The translations under genes were made by a program, and so were the position numbers. The notes beneath the pieces were generated by a model. The model ran no database searches and had not been told where the DNA came from. It was given only the letters and a program-made list of their open reading frames with translations. From the NCBI GenBank assembly GCA_963822875.1, contig CAWGJK010000028.1, positions 38,690 through 62,689 on the forward strand: a DNA stretch of 24,000 nucleotides, given 5' to 3'. Positions 11,204 to 18,641 of this stretch are shown here, in pieces; the first letter of the stretch is position 1, and each line of letters starts with the position of its first letter. The DNA comes from an uncultured Acidimicrobiia bacterium (lineage in GTDB: Bacteria > Actinomycetota > Acidimicrobiia > Acidimicrobiales > Ilumatobacteraceae).

Positions 11204-11963
11204 ATGAACAGCCGACCGACCCCGTGCGTGGCCATCGTCACCGGCGCCAACCACGGCATCGGCGCGGCGACGGCGATCGCGCTGGCGGCGGCGGTGTCGA
11301 CGTGCTCGTCACCTACCTGCGCGCCGAGGCGGCCGAGCGACAGCGAGTACGACCGCCAGCGCGCCCAGGAGCGCCGACGGCGTGCTCGCCGCCATCGACG
11401 GCCTGCCCGGGCGTGGCACGCGCCGTCGAGGCCGACCTCACGGCGGACGGCGCGGTCGCCGAGCTCTTCGACGAAGCGGAGCGATCGCTCGGACCCGTGT
11501 CGATCCTCGTCAACAACGCCAGCGGGTGGGTTGCTGACACGTTCGTCCCCGGCCCACCGTCGCCGTCTCTCCGGTCACCGTCGACCGCAACCTCACGGTC
11601 GACGCACGCGCCGGTGCGCTGCTGATCGCCGAACTGGCCCGCCGGCACATCGCCCGCGACGCGACATGGGGTCGCATCGTCGGGCTCACGTCGGGCGGCC
11701 CGATGGGCTTCCCCGGCGAGGTCTCCTACGGGGCGGCGAAGGCAGCGTTGGAGAACTACACGATGTCTGCGTCGACGGAGCTGGCCCCGTTCGGCATCAC
11801 GGCCAACATCGTGCACCCGCCGGTCACCGACACGGGATGGATCACCGACGAGGTCCGCCGGCGCCACCGCGTCGTCGCTCCCGAGCAGGTCGCCGAGGTC
11901 ATCGCCTGGCTGTGCTCGGATGCCGCCCGCCTCGTGACCGGCAACGTCATCCGCCTCCGGTGA
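11204..11963 (+). pseudogene. Short-chain dehydrogenase/reductase (SDR) with about five reading-frame breaks.
   Basis: Protein-like segments are spread over all three plus frames. MNSRPTPCVAIVTGANHGIGAATAIALAAA is in frame 2. VDVLVTYLR is in frame 1. SEYDRQRAQ is in frame 2. SADGVLAAIDGLPGR is in frame 0. ARAVEADL...ILVNNASGWVADTFVPG is in frame 1. PVTVDRNLTVDARAGALLIAELARRH...YGAAKAALENYT...HPPVTDTGW...TGNVIRLR* is in frame 0. The TGxxxGIG, NNAS and YxxxK SDR motifs are all present. Confidence 0.75.
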
Positions 11964-11975
11964 CGGCCGGCGCTG

Positions 11976-12029
11976 TCGCTTTGGTCACCGATCTGCCGGT
12001 GGGCTTCGGCAAGTTGGTGCCCAAAGCGA
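11976..12029. terminator. Possible bidirectional terminator structure between the convergent SDR and HMG-CoA reductase genes.
   Basis: A 9-bp perfect stem, TCGCTTTGG (11976-11984) / CCAAAGCGA (12021-12029), encloses an inner 5-bp hairpin, CACCG (11986-11990) / CGGTG (11997-12001). There is no U-tract. Confidence 0.3.
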
Positions 12030-12040
12030 AGGAGCGGTGG

Positions 12041-13237
12041 TCAGGGGCGGTTGCGGCCGTACTGGTCGTGGCTGGACACCCAGTCGCCGGCGATGATCGC
12101 GCTGGAGAGCGACGTCTCCCCGGCGAGCACGACGGCGGCGCAGATCTCGGCGAACTTCTTGACCTTGTCCTTGCCGTAGCAGCCGAGCATCTCGAGGCAC
12201 TCGCGCTGGGTCGCCAAGCCGGTTCCGCCGCCGTAGGTGGCCACGATGAGCGCCGGCAGCGTGATCGACCAGTAGTAGTCGCCGTTCGGCAGCAGCTGGG
12301 TGTAGGCGACACCGGCGTGCGACTCCGACACGTTCGCCGCGTCCTGGCCAGTGGCGATGAACATGGCCGCGAGGCCGTTCGCCGCGTGGGCGCCGTTGTT
12401 CGCTGCGCCGACGAGGAAGGCCCCGGCGTTGGAGATCTGCCGGGCCCAGAACAGCGTCTCGGTGTCGACGCCCATCAGGCTCTTCAGCAGGTCCTTCTTG
12501 ACGACGCACTCGGCGACGACGCGCCGGCCACGCGTGGCGATCATGTTGATCTGCGAGTGCTTCTTGTCGGTGTCGACGTTGCCCGAGAGGATGTACTGCG
12601 GCCGACCTTCGTACTGCTGCTGGATCCACTCGCACGCGGCGAGCGTCGCCTTGCCGCACATGTTCTGACCCGCCGCGTCTCCCGTCGTGTAGTTGAAGCG
12701 GAGGTAGCGCATCGGGCCGATGCCGTACTGGCGGATCTCGGTCAGCTTGCCGACGCTGGTGGTCGACTCCGCCCGCTCGCGGATCTCGTCGAGGTGATCG
12801 CGCACCCACTCTCCGAACTGGCGAGCCTCGAGGGCATTGTCGAACACGAACACCGGCGAGCGCTGCATGGACTCGTCGAGCACGGTGGTGCGGACGCCGC
12901 CGCTCTCGGTGAGCAGGCGCATGCCGCGGTTGTAGCTGGCGACGAGCGTCCCTTCCGTCGTCGCCATGGGGACGAAGAACTCGCCCTGGGCGTGCTCGCC
13001 GTTGATGCGGATCGGACCGGCGAGACCGAGCGGGATCTGCGCCACACCCATGAAGTTCTCGATGTTCCCGGGCAGCGTTCCCGGGTCGATCGAGTAGTGC
13101 CCGACGTGCTGCAGCGTCGTCCCCGAGCGCTCCTCGGCGAACTTCCGGCGGGTCGCCGCCAGCTCCTCGGTGTAGTCGCGCTCGCGATCACGCGGCACCC
13201 GAGCGCGGTCGGTGGTCGGTCCATCGGTGGTCGTCAT
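12041..13237 (-). CDS. Hydroxymethylglutaryl-CoA reductase, class I-like, soluble catalytic domain only.
   Basis: 398 aa, the C-terminal part of ORF 12041..14284. Class I motifs are present: ENFMGVAQIPLGLAGP, PMATTEGTLVAS, TGDAAGQNM (canonical DAMGxNM), NVDTDKK, HAANGLAAMFIATGQDAANVSES, ATYGGGTGLATQRECL, AGDWVSSH..GRNR. ATG 13237 overlaps the regulator stop (ATGA). Confidence 0.88.
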   Translation of the reverse strand: MTTTDGPTTDRARVPRDRERDYTEELAATRRKFAEERSGTTLQHVGHYSIDPGTLPGNIENFMGVAQIPLGLAGPIRINGEHAQGEFFVPMATTEGTLVASYNRGMRLLTESGGVRTTVLDESMQRSPVFVFDNALEARQFGEWVRDHLDEIRERAESTTSVGKLTEIRQYGIGPMRYLRFNYTTGDAAGQNMCGKATLAACEWIQQQYEGRPQYILSGNVDTDKKHSQINMIATRGRRVVAECVVKKDLLKSLMGVDTETLFWARQISNAGAFLVGAANNGAHAANGLAAMFIATGQDAANVSESHAGVAYTQLLPNGDYYWSITLPALIVATYGGGTGLATQRECLEMLGCYGKDKVKKFAEICAAVVLAGETSLSSAIIAGDWVSSHDQYGRNRP

Positions 13238-14218
13238 GCTCGGGAGTCTCGCGCCTGGGCGACCAGCCGCTGGCCGAGCGCGACCACCTCCTCGCGCACC
13301 TCGTCGGAGGCGAGCACATCGAAGGGGAAGGGGAGGCTCGCCAGGTAGCGGGCGATCCAGTCGGCGTCGCCGCCGATCACGACGACGGTGCTCGTCGCGT
13401 CGGCCGGGCCTGGCTCGATGACGCCCACGGTCGGGCTGATCTCGCGCCCAGCCACGTGTGGCGGCACGTGCACGCGCACCCGCGCCTGGATGTCGTAGGC
13501 GCGGACGGCGACGCCTTCGGCGACGAGGGCGGCGGCGTCGGGGACCGGTCGCTCCGTCGATCGCACGCCTGTCGAGGTCGGCGGTCCGATGCGGTCGACG
13601 CGGAACGTGCGCCAGTCGTCGCGGTCGAGGTCGAAGGCGACGAGGTACCACCGGCTGCGCAGCGAGACGAGGCGATGCGGCTCGACGTGGCGCCGGCTCG
13701 TGCGCTCGTCGCCGGCGCGGTAGTCGAAGCGCAGCCGCTCCTGGCGCCGGCATGCCGTGGCCAGGGCCATCAGCACGCGTATGTCCGTCGGCTGGTCCGC
13801 TGACTCCATCGAGGCCGGCCGTCCGATCCGCACGGTCACCTCGCCGAGCGTGTCGACGCGCTCGCGCAGCGCGCTCGGCATGACCTGCACGAGCTTGGTC
13901 AGCGCGGCGACGGCGGCTTCCCCGAGCATTGGATCGGCGGTGCGCGAGAGCTCGCGCAGGCCGACCGACACGGCGACGGCCTCGTCGTCGTCGAGCAGCA
14001 GTGGCGGCAGGCGACCACCGGCACCGAGGGCGTAGCCGCCAGTAGCGGCCGGTCGTGCTGTCGATGGGGTAGCCGAGGTCGCGCAGGCGTGTGACGTCGC
14101 GCCGCAGGGTGCGCGGCGTGACCTCCAGGCGCGCCGCCAATTCGGGCGCTGACCAGGAGGAACGCGAGGAGAACAGGACGAGGAGGCGGAGCAGTCGGGC
14201 CGGTGTGTCGATGATCAC
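13234..14218 (-). pseudogene. YafY-like HTH plus WYL-domain transcriptional regulator with the reading frame broken near 14041 (apparent 1-nt insertion).
   Basis: The HTH part (TPARLLRLLVLFSSRSSWSAPELAARLEVTPRTLRRDVTRLRDLGYPIDSTTGRY) is in the frame of ORF 12041..14284. Skipping one nt gives GGYALGAGGRLPPLLLDDDEAVAVSVGLREL, which continues into ORF 13234..13971. That ORF holds the WYL region (RLRFDYRAGDERTSRRHVEPHRLVSLRSRWYLVAFD). The span is 985 nt, which is 3n+1. The start (GTG 14218, or ATG 14284) is uncertain. Confidence 0.75.
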
Positions 14219-14274
14219 GAGGATGCCAGAGAACGAGGACCTGAACTGTCCACAATCGGTCGTACGTTCGAGGC

Positions 14275-14421
14275 ATGCACCCAATCGTCGTCGACTTCGC
14301 CTTCCAGCTCGCCGCCGAGAGGCGTGAGCGTCTGATGAGCGAGAGGTCCCGCCGCCGCCGGCTCAGGCCCCGCCCGCCCGTGGATCACCTCCCCAGGTCC
14401 ACACCCCCTCCGGCGGCGTAG
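14275..14421 (+). CDS. Possible small ORF (48 aa) divergent from the WYL regulator. Hypothetical.
   Basis: ATG 14275 to TAG 14419-14421. Translation: MHPIVVDFAFQLAAERRERLMSERSRRRRLRPRPPVDHLPRSTPPPAA. 42 of 48 codons end in G/C. The first ~21 codons have the low-GC2 / high-GC3 coding signature. There is no well-spaced SD, and the ORF is below the length cut-off of the ORF track. Confidence 0.25.
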   Translation: MHPIVVDFAFQLAAERRERLMSERSRRRRLRPRPPVDHLPRSTPPPAA

Positions 14422-14437
14422 GGCCTGGCGCCGGCAC

Positions 14438-15034
14438 TCAGCGTGACCGCAGCACGCTGAGGGCGTCGGCCAGCACGGCGGCGACCTCGTCGCCGTGCCG
14501 GCCGGCGGCGATCGCCACCGGCAGCCGTGGCGGCACGACGGGGACATCGGGCAGTGGTGCCGGTGCGTGCAACAGGCCGGCGAGCACGTCGATGGGTGGA
14601 TCCGCCGGCGCCGTCAGCTCGATCGGATCGCCGGAGCGCCACGCCTCGAGCACCTCGGGCGCCGCTGTCACCTCATCGGCGAGCACGAGCAAGGTCGCCA
14701 CGGCGTGCTTGCAGAACCCACCCCATGCATCGTCGGGGCACGTGCACTCGGCCATCAGCTCGTCGCGGTCGGGGATCAACCCGAGCAGGCTGGCGGTGTC
14801 GTCGGCGGGAGCGACGTGGACGACGGCGACGTAGGGCTCGTAGCGCGACCCCTGCACCTCGGCGCGCACCCGGCCGGGCTCGACCTCGATGTCGACCACG
14901 GCTGCGTCGCGTGCGTAGCCCTTGGCGCGGGAGAAGCGTCCAGGGTCGGACACCTCGGCGGCCAGGGCGCGCAGCATCGCCGCCGGCAACCGACCCGGCG
15001 GGTTGGCCCCGTAGACCTGGCGCGGCCGCGTCAC
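14438..15034 (-). CDS. SWIM zinc-finger domain protein.
   Basis: 198 aa from GTG 15034, which overlaps the helicase stop (GTGA). The SWIM CxC...CxH signature is present: [21 protein letters not shown]. Confidence 0.8.
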   Translation of the reverse strand: MTRPRQVYGANPPGRLPAAMLRALAAEVSDPGRFSRAKGYARDAAVVDIEVEPGRVRAEVQGSRYEPYVAVVHVAPADDTASLLGLIPDRDELMAECTCPDDAWGGFCKHAVATLLVLADEVTAAPEVLEAWRSGDPIELTAPADPPIDVLAGLLHAPAPLPDVPVVPPRLPVAIAAGRHGDEVAAVLADALSVLRSR

Positions 15035-17947
15035 GAGGGGTGCTCCAGGCGCACGAGCTCGCGCAGCTCGGCGGTCGACAGCTCGGACAGCCACGCCTCG
15101 CCCGAACCGACGACGGCGTCGGCGAGTGCCCGCTTCTGGTCGATGAGCGCGGCGATGCGTTCCTCGACGGTGCCCTCGCAGACGAGCTTGTGGACGACGA
15201 CGGTGCGTCCCTGCCCGATGCGCCAGGCGCGGTCGGTCGCCTGGTCCTCGACGGCGGGGTTCCACCAGCGGTCGTAGTGGATCACCTGGCTGGCGGCGGT
15301 GAGGTTGAGCCCGGTGCCGCCCGCCTTCAACGAGATCAGCAGCAGCGGCGGCCCGGCGCCGGCCTGGAAGTCGGCGACCATCTTGTCCCGGCGGCCCCTC
15401 GCCACGCCGCCGTGGAGGAACGGCACGCGCATCTCGGAGCGCTCGGCGATGTGGTGCACGAGCAGCTCACCCATCTGCACGGAACTGCGTGAACACGAGC
15501 GCCCGCTCGCCGACGTCGAGCAGCTCGTCGACGAGCTCGTCGAAGCGCGCCAGCTTGCCGGAGCGCCCGGTCAGCCGTGATCCGTCGCCGAGGGCGTGCG
15601 CCGGGTGGTTGCAGATCTGCTTGAGCCGGGTGAGTGCGGCGAGCACGAGGCCCCGCCGCTTCATGCCCGTGGCGGCGGCGGCGTCGGCGAGCAACTGGTC
15701 GACGACGTGCTGGTAGAGCACGGCCTGCTCGCGGGTGAGCCCGGCCCAGGCGACCTGTTCGATCTTGTCGGGGAGGTCGGGCACGAGCTGGCGGTCGGCC
15801 TTGGAGCGGCGCAGCACGAACGGCTGGGTGATGCGGCGCAGCCGGGCGGCCGCGTCGCCGTCACCGTCGCGCTCGATCGGCTTGGCGAAGCGATGACGGA
15901 AGCGCTCGCGGCTACCGAGCATGCCGGGGTTGACGGCGTCGAGGATGGCCCAGAGGTCGGCGAGGCGGTTCTCGACCGGCGTACCGGTGAGCGCCAGCTT
16001 CTGGTCCGCGGTCAGGGCCCGCAACGCCTTCGCCGCGTGCGTCGCCGGGTTCTTGATCGTCTGCGCCTCGTCGGCGACGACCGTGGACCAGCGCACGGCC
16101 CCAAGGTGCTCGAGGTCTCGCGGCAGCAAGCCGTACGTCGTGATGACGAGGTCGGCGCCGGCGAGCTCGCGGGTGCGCTCGGCACCGTGGTGCACGAGCA
16201 CGCGCAGTGACGGCGTGAAGCGCGCCGACTCGTGCTCCCAGTTGTGGACGACCGAGAGCGGGCAGACGACGAGGTGCGGTCCGGGCCGGTCGAGGAGGTG
16301 GGCGAGCGTCGTCGCCGTCTTGCCGAGGCCCATGTCGTCGGCGAGGCAGCCGCCGAGGCCGAGGCGATCGAGGAAGCGCAGCCAGCCGAGGCCACGTCGC
16401 TGGTACGGCCGCAGCTCGCCGGCGAACCCCGCCGGCTCGTGCTCCTCGACGAGCCGTTCATCGGGGAGGCCGGCGAGCAGCTCGCCGGTCCACGACCGTG
16501 CGCTGCCCTCCCCGGCGTCGACCTCGCCCTCACCGGCGAGGCGCAGCAGCGTGACGGCGTCGACGACGGCGTGCTGCCGGCGGTGCTCGTCGAGCCGTTC
16601 CCGTGCCCGGCGCATGGCCGCCGGGTCGATGCGCACCCAGCGGTAGCCGGTGTGCAGCAGCGTGGCGCCGTCGCGCTCGGCACGGGCGAGCTCGGCGTCG
16701 GTGATCGCCGCCGGGCCGTCCTCGTCGGCGACGACGAGCCGCCAGTCGACGACCGCATCGCGCCCGAAGCGCCGGCCGTGATCGGCCGCGTCGGTCGGCG
16801 TGGCGCTTCCCCGCACGGCGACGCCGGCGCGCACGAGACGCTCGGGGCCGAGCAGCGTGATGCCCCGCGCCGCGAGCTCCGCCGGGGCCTGCTCGAGGAA
16901 CCGCTCGGCCTGCTCGACGTTCAACAGCAGCGACGACGGCTCCGTCGCGACGGCGAGCTCGGCGGCGACCTCGACGCACTCGGCGAGCGTGCCAGCGAGC
17001 GCCAGCACCTCGGCGGCCAGGACGGGGATGCCGTCCTCACCGTTGGCGACCTCGACGCCGAGGGCGGTGCGGTCCCACACGTCGTCGGCGCTGCACCAGC
17101 GGCCGGGGTCGAGCTCGTCGGCGACCTCGAGGCGCACTTCCCAGTCGTCGAGCAGGTCGTCGGGCAGCACCAGCCGGACCTGCGGCACGACGACGGGTTC
17201 GCCGCGCAGCCGGCGGCGGTGACGGTCGAAGCGAGCCGCCAGGCGCGCCAGTTCGTCGGGGTGGGCGAGCCCGCTGCCGAGGAGCGCGGGGTCGGTGGAG
17301 GCGAGGGCGCGGAACGCCGAGCGGGCGGCGACGATCTCGGGCGCGCGTGATGGCGACAGCGCCGGGCGCCATCCCCGATCGGCAAGACGGGTACGGGCGA
17401 CGGCGTCGACGAGGGCGGCGTGGATCTCGGCGGCTGCCCCCGGTGGTGCACAGACGGACGGCATCGCCGCGTCGAGCTCGGCGAGCGCACTGGTCACGGT
17501 GGTGTCGTCGACGGGCACCCAGCGGGCGACGGTCATGTCGCGGTCGTCGTGGATGGACGGCGCGACGAGGCCGGCGGCGACGGTGTCGGCGGCGAGGCGG
17601 GCCACGGCGGCGAACCAGGCGACCGAGTCGCTGCGGCTCAGGTTGGCAGGGAGCGCCCGCAGCCAGCGGGCGGCGCGATCGGCGGTGAGGCGAACGGTCG
17701 ACGGGCGCATCGTCTCGCCGTCGGGCAGCGTGATCTCGACCGACGCCAGGTGGCCGTGGCGCAGCGGGCTGTCGGCCCAGATCGTGAAGGCGTGATAGAG
17801 CCCGTTGGGGAGCGCGGTGTGGGCGCCGTCCCACCCCCAGAGGTGCAGGGCGCCGTCACGCCACGACGCCACGATGGCGACCGGTCTGGGCGCCGTCCGC
17901 TCGCCGTGTCCCGCTGGCGGCGACCAGCGCGGACGGACACTTGGCAT
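15031..17947 (-). pseudogene. SNF2/DEAD-like helicase (HelZ-like) with the reading frame broken near 15481 (apparent 1-nt insertion).
   Basis: ORF 15467..17959 carries motif I (DDMGLGKT), motif II (VVADEAQTIKN) and motif III (LALTGTPVENRL), and ends ...[13 protein letters not shown] 15031..15480 carries the C-terminal helicase lobe ([43 protein letters not shown]). Removing one C gives LVFTQFVQMGELL. The 15031..17959 span is 2929 nt, which is 3n+1. The start is ATG 17947 or ATG 17959. Confidence 0.85.
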
Positions 17948-18002
17948 CCCCCCGACCATACCGAGGGGGTGTCGCCCTCCGCCGGAAGCCGGCGCGCGCG
18001 TG

Positions 18003-18509
18003 TCAGCCGGGACGGGCCAGGGTCATCGTCCAGTACGGGGAGCCGTCGGCGGCGTAGGCGAGGCCGATGCCGATCTGGGTGACGTTGCCGTTGAGGATGT
18101 TCGCCCGGTGACCCGGGCTGTTCATCCAGCCCGCCATCACCGACGCGGCGTCCGGGTAGCCCATGGCCACGTTCTCCGCCCAGGCGGAGAAGCGGTAGCC
18201 GGCGCGGGCGATGCGGTCGCCCGGGTTGGAGCCGTCGCTGCCCGTGTGGCTCATCGTGTCACGCGCCGCCTGGTCCTGGGAGTGCCCCTGGGCGGCGGCG
18301 TTGAGCACGGCGTGCACCGCCAGCGCGCCGAGGCCGTGCTCGGCCCGCCGCTGGTTGGTGAGGTCGACGACCTGCTGCAGTCCCGAGGGTGCGGGCGCCG
18401 ACGCGGGTGCGGGTGCCGGCGCATACTGCGGGGCGCACTGGGGCGCCAGGAGGCCGAGGCCGGCGATGGCGCCGTACGCTCCGAGCCGGCGGGTGATCGA
18501 TGTCGGCAT
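18003..18509 (-). CDS. Secreted CAP (SCP/PR-1, YkwD-like) domain protein.
   Basis: ATG 18509 is preceded by AGGAGG with a 6-nt spacer. The N-terminus is signal-like ([23 protein letters not shown]) and is followed by a Pro/Ala linker. The CAP core is present ([48 protein letters not shown]). Confidence 0.8.
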   Translation of the reverse strand: MPTSITRRLGAYGAIAGLGLLAPQCAPQYAPAPAPASAPAPSGLQQVVDLTNQRRAEHGLGALAVHAVLNAAAQGHSQDQAARDTMSHTGSDGSNPGDRIARAGYRFSAWAENVAMGYPDAASVMAGWMNSPGHRANILNGNVTQIGIGLAYAADGSPYWTMTLARPG

Positions 18510-18592
18510 CACGTGCCTCCTGGTTTTCGTGGCCCGCCCGGCCGTCGTCACTCAACCGTAACACCTCCGCGGTCGCCACGGAAGGCGGCGAA

Positions 18593-18614
18593 CTTGATAC
18601 GATATCGACTCAAG
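18593..18614 (+). promoter_or_regulatory. HAIR-like (HspR-associated inverted repeat) operator upstream of clpB.
   Basis: The sequence is CTTGATA-CGATATCG-ACTCAAG, a 22-nt near-palindrome with 9 of 11 pairs matched. The right half is identical to the HAIR consensus half-site ACTCAAG and the left half matches CTTGAGT at 5 of 7 positions. The spacer is 8 nt, whereas the consensus is 7 nt. A TANNNT -10-like box, TATCGT (18630-18635), lies 6 nt upstream of the clpB ATG. No SD is present, which suggests a leaderless mRNA. Confidence 0.5.
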
Positions 18615-18641
18615 TTTTCTCCTCGACGGTATCGTGGTCGC

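Noticed and set aside
12041-13237. HMG-CoA reductase as a marker of a mevalonate or terpenoid biosynthetic gene cluster.
   Set aside because: No synthase, kinase, decarboxylase, isomerase, prenyltransferase or terpene cyclase gene occurs in the flanking 10 kb on either side.
13234-18551. A possible phage-defence island: WYL regulator, SWIM protein, SNF2 helicase and a secreted protein within about 5 kb.
   Set aside because: The WYL gene is translationally coupled to a metabolic enzyme (HMG-CoA reductase), not to the helicase. The SNF2-SWIM pair matches a conserved housekeeping-type actinobacterial arrangement. No nuclease, methyltransferase, TIR, SIR2 or other effector gene is present. I also saw no mobile-element gene and no obvious compositional shift.
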